Positions 12,020 through 19,889 of a DNA stretch of 64,000 nt are shown here, in pieces. How positions within the stretch are numbered: the first letter of the stretch is position 1; each line of letters begins with the position of its first letter. A program made the translations under genes and the position numbers. The notes under the pieces were generated by a model. That model was not told where the DNA came from and searched no databases. It worked only from the letters and a program-made list of their open reading frames with translations. Origin of the DNA: Alphaproteobacteria bacterium (lineage in GTDB: Bacteria > Pseudomonadota > Alphaproteobacteria > UBA828); the NCBI GenBank assembly GCA_965237415.1, contig CBDEFM010000002.1:2720001-2784000 (forward strand). Direction: 5' to 3'.

Positions 12020-12925
12020 ATGGCCCAGCGCGCGCCTCCGCCCGACGGCGTCGCGGTCTTCGACCGCAGAGCCGTGCGCATCCACCGCGACCGCGCCGCC
12101 CCTGGCTTCGCGGGGCGCGGCGACTTCCTGGTCCGCGAGGTGGGCGAGCGGTTGGTGGGCCGGCTTGACGACGTCAAGCGCCGGTTCGCCCGGGTGCTCG
12201 ACCTCGGCTGCCACAGCGGGCAACTCGGACTGCTCTTGCGCCGGCAGACGGCGCCCGATCTTCTCGTCGAGGCCGATCTCTCTCAGAGCATGGTGGCGCG
12301 TACTGCGGGCCCCTTACGGCTCGTCGCCGACGAGGAATGGCTGCCGATCCGCTCCGACTCGCTCGATCTCGTGGTGAGCGCCCTCAGCCTGCATTGGGTG
12401 AACGACCTGCCTGGCGCGCTCGTCCAGATCAGGCAGGCGCTCACGCCCGACGGCCTGCTGCTCGCTGCGATGTTGGGCGGCGACACCCTGTTCGAGCTGC
12501 GTGAGGCGTTTCTGCGGGCGGAAGCAGGCCACGAAGGTGGCGTGCGGCCCCATGTCTCGCCATTTCCCGACGTCGAGGCCCTCGGCGCCCTGCTGCAGCG
12601 CACCGGCTTCGCGCTGCCGGTGGTCGACAGCGACCGGATCACGGTCACTTATGAGAGCACCACGGCGCTCATGCACGATTTGCGCGCCATGGGCGAAGCC
12701 AATGCCACCCAGGCGCGCGCGCGGCACTTCGCCCGGCGCGAGACGCTCCGGGCGCTTGAAGACCGCTATCAGGAAAGTTTCGGCCACGCGGACGGGCGCA
12801 TTCCGGCGACGTTCCAGGTGCTCTATCTCACCGGGTGGCACCCGCACGACTCGCAGCAGCAGCCCGCGCGCCGTGGCAGCGGGACCGTGCGTCTGACGGA
12901 AGCTCTCGGCTCCGACCCGCCTTAG
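12020..12925 (+). CDS. BioC/NDUFAF5-like SAM methyltransferase
   Basis: VFDR, LDLGCHSG, LSLHWVNDLPG, DLRAMGE; divergent from comF; start placed at MAQRAP. Confidence 0.88.
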   Translation: MAQRAPPPDGVAVFDRRAVRIHRDRAAPGFAGRGDFLVREVGERLVGRLDDVKRRFARVLDLGCHSGQLGLLLRRQTAPDLLVEADLSQSMVARTAGPLRLVADEEWLPIRSDSLDLVVSALSLHWVNDLPGALVQIRQALTPDGLLLAAMLGGDTLFELREAFLRAEAGHEGGVRPHVSPFPDVEALGALLQRTGFALPVVDSDRITVTYESTTALMHDLRAMGEANATQARARHFARRETLRALEDRYQESFGHADGRIPATFQVLYLTGWHPHDSQQQPARRGSGTVRLTEALGSDPP

Positions 12926-12934
12926 CTCGCGCGC

Positions 12935-13597
12935 TCAGTCCCCACACTCGATGGGGCCGATCACGCGCTCGATCGCCTCGGCTGCCACGACGCCGGCGCG
13001 GAGCAGGCGAGGAGTCTCTCCGGTGAGGTCAAGCAGCGTCGAGCCAAGGCGCTCGGCGGCGCGCCCGCCGTCGATGACCAGCGCGACATGGGCCCCGAGG
13101 CCGGCCACGACCTCAGCCGCAGTCAGCGGGCTCGGCGCGCCCGAGGGGTTCGCGCTCGGCGCGGTCAGCGGCCGTCCGGCGGCCTCGACGACGGCACGCG
13201 CGGTCTCGTTGCCGGGGATGCGGAGCGACACGCCGGGCGCTCCTTGGTGGACCAGCGGCGAAAGCGGGGAGTCTGCGGCGCGCGGCAACACCAGCGTCAG
13301 CGGACCGGGCCAAAATGCCTCGGCAAGCGCGCGAGCGGGCGCAGGGAAGTCCGCGCAGGCCTCCGCCATCGCCAGCGTGGCGACAAGGGCGATGAGCGGC
13401 TTATCCGGCGGGCGGCCCTTGGCACGAAACACGCCGGCCACGGCATCGTCGTCGGTGGCATTGGCGGCGAGGCCGTAGACCGTATCGGTCGGCAGCCCGA
13501 CCAGCCCGCCCTGGCGGATCACCCGCGCGGCTCGCGCAATGACCGCCTGCGTCGGTTTGAGGCACGGGGGGCCGGTTTCGGTGTCGGATCGCGTCAT
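12935..13597 (-). CDS. tsaC: Threonylcarbamoyl-AMP synthase (TsaC/YrdC domain only)
   Basis: PTDTVYGL, KGRP, FWPGPLT, APSANPSG. Confidence 0.93.
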   Translation of the reverse strand: MTRSDTETGPPCLKPTQAVIARAARVIRQGGLVGLPTDTVYGLAANATDDDAVAGVFRAKGRPPDKPLIALVATLAMAEACADFPAPARALAEAFWPGPLTLVLPRAADSPLSPLVHQGAPGVSLRIPGNETARAVVEAAGRPLTAPSANPSGAPSPLTAAEVVAGLGAHVALVIDGGRAAERLGSTLLDLTGETPRLLRAGVVAAEAIERVIGPIECGD

Positions 13598-13602
13598 CGG
13601 GT

Positions 13603-14385
13603 CTAGTCCACGCCGCAGGCGACGAACGGCGGATTGACGAACCCCGCCTTGCCGTAGCGAAGCGCGCGCCCGTTCAGGTCGCGGACATGGCCGCCCGCCA
13701 CCTCGAGAATCGCCTGACCCGCCGCGGTGTCCCATTCCATGGTGCGGCCGAAGCGCGGGTAAAGATCGGCCTCGCCCCGCGCGAGCAGGCCGAACTTGAG
13801 GGCGCTGCCGGCGCTCGCGGTGCGCGCAGGCCGCAGTTCCGCGATGTACGCGTCGGTCTCGGCGTCGCGGTGCGAACGGCTGGCGATCACCGCGGGGCCC
13901 TCGCCGGGCACCGCTCTCGCGCGGATCGTTTGCGGCGCCCCGTTGCCGACGAAACGCATCGCCTGCCCTTGTCCATCGGCGACATAGGTCTCGTCATGGG
14001 CCGGCGCGTGGAGCACGCCGAGCACCGGCCGGCCGGCCTCGATCAGCGCGATGTTGACGGTGAATTCGTCGGTCCGCGCGATGAACTCCCGGGTCCCGTC
14101 TAGCGGATCGACGAGCCAGAAGCGGCCGCCGGCGGGTGCCGCTGGCGCGAGGGTGTCCGTGCTCTCCTCCGAGATCACGGGGATGCGCGGGTCGGCGGCG
14201 AGCAGACCCGCGACGATGAGGCGATCCGCCGCTCGGTCCGCCTCGGTTATCGGCGAGCGATCGTCCTTCGTCTCGACCGTCGTGCCGTCGCGGTAGAAGG
14301 CCATGATTGTCCGCCCGGCCTCCAGCGCCAGATGCCGGGCCGCAGCCGCTAACCGCAGGTAGTCCTCGCTGCTCGTGCCGGTCAT
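13603..14385 (-). CDS. cysQ: 3'(2'),5'-bisphosphate nucleotidase
   Basis: WLVDPLDGTREF, GSALKF, EWDTAAG. Confidence 0.95.
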   Translation of the reverse strand: MTGTSSEDYLRLAAAARHLALEAGRTIMAFYRDGTTVETKDDRSPITEADRAADRLIVAGLLAADPRIPVISEESTDTLAPAAPAGGRFWLVDPLDGTREFIARTDEFTVNIALIEAGRPVLGVLHAPAHDETYVADGQGQAMRFVGNGAPQTIRARAVPGEGPAVIASRSHRDAETDAYIAELRPARTASAGSALKFGLLARGEADLYPRFGRTMEWDTAAGQAILEVAGGHVRDLNGRALRYGKAGFVNPPFVACGVD

Positions 14386-14556
14386 CGGCCGTCCCTGGCA
14401 TTCACGCTACGGTAATCGACACGAACGCGCTTTCACGTGCCGCCCATATACACCACAATGGCATGGGCTTCGCGCAGCGCGGCCATCCGAAGAGGTGGCG
14501 CGAAATCCCAATTCCAAAGCAATCGAAAACGCGCCTGCGAGGAGGAGATACCGAGG

Positions 14557-14778
14557 ATGATTAAGGAAACTGTGGTCGCCGTGAGTATCATCACCATGGC
14601 GGCCGGCGCCGCTCTTGCGCCGTCGGCCGTATCTGCAGGGGACCAGCCGATCGTCGTCGCGGACTCGCACGAGGATCCGTGCAACCCGTGCGCCGCTTGT
14701 AACCCGTGCGCGGCCTGCAACCCTTGTGCCGCGTGCAACCCGTGTTGCGCCGATCCCTGCAACCCGTGTGCCTGCTGA
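14557..14778 (+). CDS. Small exported Cys-rich peptide (73 aa) with CNP/CAA repeats
   Basis: RBS GGAGGAG at 14541-14547, ATG at 14557, signal-peptide-like N-terminus, 12 Cys in the last 32 aa, terminator right after the stop; same repeat type as 16765-18096. Confidence 0.85.
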   Translation: MIKETVVAVSIITMAAGAALAPSAVSAGDQPIVVADSHEDPCNPCAACNPCAACNPCAACNPCCADPCNPCAC

Positions 14779-14809
14779 CGCGACGCGTACGTCTGACCTT
14801 ATCCGAGGG

Positions 14810-14840
14810 CGCCGCCTCACGAGAGGCGGCGTTCTTATTT
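14810..14840 (+). terminator. Rho-independent terminator after the Cys-rich peptide
   Basis: CGCCGCCTC-ACGA-GAGGCGGCG hairpin followed by TTCTTATTT. Confidence 0.75.
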
Positions 14841-14889
14841 CGAGGGCGCTGCGGCACCTCTAGGCTCGGCACCGGCGGTCGGCCGCATT

Positions 14890-15663
14890 TCAGTCGGCGC
14901 TCCGGGTCCTGGCATCGAGAGCGGCCCTGACTGCGGCCATCTGAGCCTCGATCGCAACCTCGGCCTGCGAGACGACCTCGAGGCGGCGGTCCTCGAGCGT
15001 GTCCTTGCCCGGATTCTGCGAGGTCCAGCTCTCGATGACCTGATCCCGCGCCTTGAGCAGCAGGATGATCTGGGGCCAGAACAGCCGCACCATGGCACCG
15101 ACCCAGCGGTTGGTCGGCCAGGACGGGCGAGCGTGGTCGATGACGAAGCTGCCGATTACCTTGGCCACATCGTCGCCGCGATACCAGGTCTCGCCGGTGA
15201 CCCAGCGGTTGGTGGTGAAGAGCCTGAGCGGCTGACCCTTCGAACCCATTGAGATGGCGACCACATGGGTGAGCGCGTCGTCGCCCATGGGCCATTTGTC
15301 GCGACTCTTGCGGTGCATGGGCTTCATGCCGCGCGGCATCCCCTTGGCGCGGACGAAGGTGTGGAAGTGCCCGTGTTCCGTGTCCCTGAAGCCGCCGGGA
15401 TGGGCGTGGTAGAAGTACTGGGAGTGGCTCTGCCCGTCGAAGACATCCCCCTTCGGGTAGTGGTCCCACTCATAGAACGTCTCGTGGCCGCGCAGCACTT
15501 CGCTCACCACACTGTCGCCGGTCCGGCCGAGCACGCGCTCGATCTCACGCACCTCCTCGCCGCCGGCGAGCATCATGCGCAGCCGCTTCACCGGCTGCGT
15601 CGCCAAGTCGAGGTGGCGGGTTTCCTCCTGCCGCTCGTTCTTGGTTGCCGTGGCCTGGGCCAT
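14890..15663 (-). CDS. DUF6969-like protein with His-rich motifs
   Basis: WDHYPKGDVFD, YFYHAH, EHGHFHTF, LFTTNRWVTGETW; family recognised from memory; start placed at MAQATAT. Confidence 0.75.
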   Translation of the reverse strand: MAQATATKNERQEETRHLDLATQPVKRLRMMLAGGEEVREIERVLGRTGDSVVSEVLRGHETFYEWDHYPKGDVFDGQSHSQYFYHAHPGGFRDTEHGHFHTFVRAKGMPRGMKPMHRKSRDKWPMGDDALTHVVAISMGSKGQPLRLFTTNRWVTGETWYRGDDVAKVIGSFVIDHARPSWPTNRWVGAMVRLFWPQIILLLKARDQVIESWTSQNPGKDTLEDRRLEVVSQAEVAIEAQMAAVRAALDARTRSAD

Positions 15664-15746
15664 TCTGCCGCTCTGCCCTCTGTTCGCTGGCCGTGCCGCC
15701 GATGAAAGATAGTGCTGCGGACCAGCTCTTGCCAGACCGGGGGTTT

Positions 15747-16640
15747 CTAGCGCTCGACCTCCGTCGCCTCTCTCTCGAGCGGCGCGGCGACGAGGCGGAA
15801 GCCGACAAGGATGTGCTTGATGTCGGCAGGCCGACCATGACGCGCTGCGGGGCGGCATATGCCGCAGCCGCTGTCGTCCCACGAACCGCCCTTGACCAGG
15901 AAGCGACCCGGATTGCCGGGCGAGGCGGTCCACTCGAAGACCTGGCCTGCCGCGTCGAGCAGGCCGTAAGGGCTTGCGCCCGCAGGCCGGCTGCCGACCG
16001 GCAGCGTATCGAAGGGGCCGGCGTCGTGGCTGTTGAGAAGCGCGGGGTCGAACGTGTCGCCCCACGGGAAGATACGGCCATCGGGGCCGCGCGCGGCCTT
16101 CTCCCACTCAAGTTCGGTCGGAAGCCGCCAGGTGCGCCCGGTCTCGGCCGAAAGCCAGGCCGCATACGCCTCGGCATCGTCATGCGAGACCAGCACCACG
16201 GGATGGTCCTCGCGCCCCGGCGGCGGGGTTCCATCCACCCACGCATGGCGGCGGGTGCGCTCATAGGGGTGGATCAGCCGGTAGCCGCGCCAGGTCTCGG
16301 CATCGACATCCGGCACGCGATGGCCCGTGGCGGTCACGAACGCCGCGTACTGGGCGTTGGTGATCAGCGTACGCGTGATGAAGAAGCGCTCCAGCGACGT
16401 GGACCCGCGCGGGCGCTCGCGATCGTACCAGCCGCGCTCCCGCGTTCGGGAGTGGCCGTAAGCCGCCTCGTCGAGCTGGTAGGCGTACTCCCGCTCGGCC
16501 GCACCGGAGCCCGCGATGAAAGGCCCGGCGGGAACCTCGACCACGGCCGGGGCCGTCACGCTGCCGGCATGGGAGGTGCCCGCAAGAACGGCGCCGGAGA
16601 CCGCGAGACACACGGCCAGCAAAGCTCGGACGAAGGTCAT
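15747..16640 (-). CDS. Exported formylglycine-generating-enzyme (SUMF1/EgtB/PvdO) fold protein
   Basis: Signal-like N-terminus; ITNAQYAAFV, HPVVLVS, RLPTELEWEKAARG, FPWG, YGLLDAAGQVFEW, KGGSW, GFRL. Confidence 0.9.
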   Translation of the reverse strand: MTFVRALLAVCLAVSGAVLAGTSHAGSVTAPAVVEVPAGPFIAGSGAAEREYAYQLDEAAYGHSRTRERGWYDRERPRGSTSLERFFITRTLITNAQYAAFVTATGHRVPDVDAETWRGYRLIHPYERTRRHAWVDGTPPPGREDHPVVLVSHDDAEAYAAWLSAETGRTWRLPTELEWEKAARGPDGRIFPWGDTFDPALLNSHDAGPFDTLPVGSRPAGASPYGLLDAAGQVFEWTASPGNPGRFLVKGGSWDDSGCGICRPAARHGRPADIKHILVGFRLVAAPLEREATEVER

Positions 16641-16764
16641 CGCGCGACTCTATTCGCGAGCCGCCCGGCGGAGGAGTCACAAAAATTTGAGTGGAAGGGG
16701 TTTGCCCCGCACCATGCGCTGGCCGACAATTCGTACCGAACACGGACATTGAGGGAGGCCCGAC

Positions 16765-18096
16765 ATGCCACGCACGAAACCCCTGCTCGCCGGAACGGTG
16801 GTCCCTGTGGTCATCGGGCTTGCCGTCTTCACCGGCGGCGGCCACGCCGCGGCCGGCACATCCGCCACCGAAACCCCGGCGGCGACCCCGCAGCATCAGG
16901 ACCCGGGGGTGCTCCTCTTCGCTTCGTGCAACCCTTGCGGACCGTGCAATCCGTGCCGGCCGTGCGCGGGAGCCTGCGGACCATGCGGTCCCTGTAATCC
17001 CTGCAACCCATGCGCCGGCGCGTGCGGCGCGTGCGGCGCATGCGGGCCGTGCAACCCCTGCAACCCGTGTGACCCGACCGCAGGCGCCTGCGGTCCCTGC
17101 GGCGCCTGTAACCCGTGCAATCCCTGTGCTGCCGGCTGTGGCCCTTGCGGTGCGTGTAACCCCTGTGCTGCCGGCTGTGGCCCGTGCGGCGCGTGCAATC
17201 CCTGCAATCCGTGCAACCCTTGCAATCCTTGCGCCGGTGCCTGCGGTCCGTGCGGCGCCTGCAACCCATGTGCGGCCGGCGCTGCAGCCGGGTCCGACTG
17301 CGTCGTTCCGCGCCTCGCGGCCACGTGCAATCCCTGCAACCCCTGCGCTGCAGCGAATCCCTGCAACCCCTGTGGGCCTTGCAACCCGTGCAATCCATGT
17401 GCAGTCGCCTGCGCACCGTGCGGCCCCTGCAACCCGTGTGCGGCGTGTAACCCTTGCAACCCCTGCGCGCCGTGCAATCCGTGTAATCCCTGTGCTGCGA
17501 ACCCGTGCAACCCCTGCGCACCCTGCAATCCGTGCGCACCCTGCAACCCGTGCGGCGCCTGCAATCCATGCAATCCGTGCGCTGCTGGCGAGGCGATCGA
17601 GCTGAGCGCGGCCGAGGCCAGAGACGCCTATGCCTGCATCAGTGCGGTCATGGCCAAGGGCTACGCCAAGTCGGGCAACCAGTGGGCAGCGTCCTACCAG
17701 AACTGGAGGAACGTCGCGGCCCAGCCCTATGTCTCCGACACCCATGGCGCGCGCTACGTCAACAACTACGCCAACGATGTCGGCGCGGACAACTACAGTC
17801 TCTTCGAAGAGGCGGGACCGGCGCCCGCCGGAACCGTTCTCGCCAAGGACAGTTTCGTGGTCAGAGCCAACGGCAACGTGGGCGCGGGGCCGCTCTTCCT
17901 GATGGAGAAGATGGAGTCCGGCTTCAACGCCGATACGGGAGACTGGCGCTATACGCTGATCATGCCGAACGGCCGGGTGATCGGCACCACCGGCGGAAAG
18001 GGCGCCAAGAACGTCGTCTTCTGCGCCGAGTGTCACCTCTCTGTCGAGGAACACGACAGCCGCTTCTTCCTCGACGAGGAGTATCGGATCCAGTAG
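16765..18096 (+). CDS. Exported protein: CNP-repeat Cys-rich region fused to a cytochrome P460-type heme c domain
   Basis: RBS GAGGGAGG; hydrophobic N-terminus; about 64 Cys in C-x-x repeats; C-terminal [18 protein letters not shown] and CAECH heme motif near the C-terminus. Confidence 0.85.
   Translation: MPRTKPLLAGTVVPVVIGLAVFTGGGHAAAGTSATETPAATPQHQDPGVLLFASCNPCGPCNPCRPCAGACGPCGPCNPCNPCAGACGACGACGPCNPCNPCDPTAGACGPCGACNPCNPCAAGCGPCGACNPCAAGCGPCGACNPCNPCNPCNPCAGACGPCGACNPCAAGAAAGSDCVVPRLAATCNPCNPCAAANPCNPCGPCNPCNPCAVACAPCGPCNPCAACNPCNPCAPCNPCNPCAANPCNPCAPCNPCAPCNPCGACNPCNPCAAGEAIELSAAEARDAYACISAVMAKGYAKSGNQWAASYQNWRNVAAQPYVSDTHGARYVNNYANDVGADNYSLFEEAGPAPAGTVLAKDSFVVRANGNVGAGPLFLMEKMESGFNADTGDWRYTLIMPNGRVIGTTGGKGAKNVVFCAECHLSVEEHDSRFFLDEEYRIQ
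16927..17580 (+). repeat. Coding tandem repeat with 9-bp basic period (TGY-AAY-CCN and variants)
   Basis: Encodes CNP/CGP/CGA/CAP units in two blocks separated by [15 protein letters not shown]; exact 23-nt duplication at 17122-17144 and 17161-17183. Confidence 0.95.
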
Positions 18097-18155
18097 TCAC
18101 CCGCCGGCGGCGCGTTGCCTCCCGGGCACGGCGCGCCGCCGGCCCCCAAGGCCTC

Positions 18156-18186
18156 CTTGATCAGGGGTGCGAACCCGGCCTATGTT
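18156..18186 (+). promoter_or_regulatory. Candidate sigma70/RpoH-type promoter for the cytochrome c gene
   Basis: CTTGAT-N17-CCTATGT, matching the alphaproteobacterial CTTG...CTAT pattern. Confidence 0.4.
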
Positions 18187-18231
18187 CGCGCCTCCACCGC
18201 CTCACCGGGGACTAGACCTAAGGAGATACCC

Positions 18232-18621
18232 GTGCGCGTACGTCACGTTCTCGCCATCGCCCTCGCCACCGCCATGATGGCGGCGAGCGCGTCCGCCATT
18301 GCTGCTGATGTGAAGAAGGGCAAGAAGGTCTTCAAGAAGTGCAAGGTCTGCCACACCGTCAAGGAGGGCGGCAAGCACAAGGTCGGCCCCAACCTTTACG
18401 GCGTCTTCGGGCGCACGTCTGGCACGGCCGAGGGCTTCAAGAAATACTCGAACGCGATGAAGGACGCGGCGATCGTCTGGGACGAAGAGACCATCGAGGC
18501 CTATATCGCCGACCCCAAGGGCTACGTGCCGAAGAACAAGATGGCCTTCAAAGGGGTCAGGAAAGAGAAGGACCGGCAGAACCTGATCGCCTATCTCAAG
18601 GAAGCGACAGGCGCAGAGTGA
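18232..18621 (+). CDS. Class I cytochrome c (c2/c550 type)
   Basis: RBS AAGGAG, GTG start, signal peptide, [21 protein letters not shown] axial Met. Confidence 0.93.
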   Translation: MRVRHVLAIALATAMMAASASAIAADVKKGKKVFKKCKVCHTVKEGGKHKVGPNLYGVFGRTSGTAEGFKKYSNAMKDAAIVWDEETIEAYIADPKGYVPKNKMAFKGVRKEKDRQNLIAYLKEATGAE

Positions 18622-18646
18622 TCGGGGAGAACGAAGCCGCCCTGCG

Positions 18647-19186
18647 TTGAACGGGGCAGCCGTGTCCGCCATCGACCTGCGAGACCACATTCGCGCGGTT
18701 CCCGACTTCCCCAAGCCCGGCATCCTGTTCTACGACCTCTCGACCCTGCTCGCCCACGGGCCGGCATGGAGCGAAACGGTGCACCGCCTCGCCGACGTGG
18801 TGAGCGAGCACAAGCCCGACCTGCTCGCCGGGATCGAATCGCGGGGGTTTTTGGTCGCGGCGCCGATCGCACATGCGCTCGGCTGCGGCTTCATCATGGT
18901 GCGCAAGAAGGGCAAGCTGCCGGGCGAAACCGTGGCGCACGAGTACGCGCTTGAGTACGGCACCGACCAGGTCGAGGTGCAGGCTGACGCTGTCGCTCCA
19001 GGCCAGCGGGTGGTCCTTCTCGACGATCTGCTGGCGACGGGCGGCACGGCGGCGGCGGCGCATTCGCTGCTGCGCCGGGTGGGTGCCGAGGTGGTGGCGG
19101 CGGCCTTCATTATCGAGCTGACCTTCCTCGGCGGGCGTCAGCGCCTCGACCTGCCCATCACCTCTCTCGTCGCCTACGACTCGTAG
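18647..19186 (+). CDS. apt: Adenine phosphoribosyltransferase
   Basis: [40 protein letters not shown]; start may be GTG at 18662. Confidence 0.97.
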   Translation: MNGAAVSAIDLRDHIRAVPDFPKPGILFYDLSTLLAHGPAWSETVHRLADVVSEHKPDLLAGIESRGFLVAAPIAHALGCGFIMVRKKGKLPGETVAHEYALEYGTDQVEVQADAVAPGQRVVLLDDLLATGGTAAAAHSLLRRVGAEVVAAAFIIELTFLGGRQRLDLPITSLVAYDS

Positions 19187-19215
19187 TCGCGGCGGGGATA
19201 GCGCGGGAGAAACCC

Positions 19216-19884
19216 ATGGCAATTGCCGTGATCGGAGGCACCGGCCCGCAGGGTCGCGGCCTGGCGCAGCGCTGCGCGCTTGCCGGCATCGACGTCGTCG
19301 TGGGCTCGCGCGATGCCGCCCGGGCGGCGGAGATCGCGGCCGATCTCAGAGCAGGCGTGCCCGGCGCGCCGGGGGCGATCGAAGGCGCAGCCAACGCCGA
19401 CGCGGTCGCCCGCGCCGATCAGATCGTGGTGCTGGCGGTGCCGTGGGGCGCGCACCAGGCCACGTTGACCTCGCTGACCAAGACACTCCAAGGGAAGATT
19501 CTGGTGGACATGGCGGTGCCTCTCGCCGACGGCAACCCCCGGCGGACCGCGATGCCGCCGGAGGGCTCGGCGACCGAGGCGGCGCAGGCGATGCTAGGCG
19601 AAGGCTGTGCCGTGGTGGGCGCGCTCCACAACGTCTCCGCCCATGTGCTGGCCGCACTGGATCAGCCGATCAACTGCGATATCCTCGTCTGCGGCGACGA
19701 CCTGGAAGCGAAGCGCGCAGTCATGGAACTGATCGAGACGATCGGCGCCTGCGCCTACAACTGCGGCCCGGCCGAAAGCGCGCGCTGCATCGAGGCGCTG
19801 ACCCCGCTGCTCATCCGCCTCAACATGTCGAAGGCGACGGGCTTCAAGCACGCGGGCGTGAAGATCTGGCCGGAAGCCGAGTGA
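19216..19884 (+). CDS. npdG: F420-dependent NADP oxidoreductase
   Basis: [40 protein letters not shown]. Confidence 0.85.
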   Translation: MAIAVIGGTGPQGRGLAQRCALAGIDVVVGSRDAARAAEIAADLRAGVPGAPGAIEGAANADAVARADQIVVLAVPWGAHQATLTSLTKTLQGKILVDMAVPLADGNPRRTAMPPEGSATEAAQAMLGEGCAVVGALHNVSAHVLAALDQPINCDILVCGDDLEAKRAVMELIETIGACAYNCGPAESARCIEALTPLLIRLNMSKATGFKHAGVKIWPEAE

Positions 19885-19889
19885 CGGGG

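Noticed and set aside
14386-16764. Shared metal-responsive ECF sigma promoter upstream of the two Cys-rich genes
   Set aside because: I looked for GTAACC-N16-CGAA-type and other shared motifs in 14386-14556 and 16641-16764 and found no convincing match by eye.
16896-17573. Antisense ORF with collagen-like HGL/QGL/QGP repeats (also 14433-14762)
   Set aside because: It is the reverse-complement shadow of the CNP codons; RBS, signal peptide and heme domain all belong to the plus-strand genes.
16927-17580. Possible CRISPR array or multiheme cytochrome
   Set aside because: The repeats are in-frame 9-bp coding units without unique spacers or cas genes, and the CxxC motifs lack the His needed for heme c ligation.
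18232-18621. Cytochrome c as a definite member of the Cys-repeat system
   Set aside because: It is an ordinary c2-type protein with its own candidate promoter and is followed by apt; it could be an electron partner, but adjacency alone is not enough.
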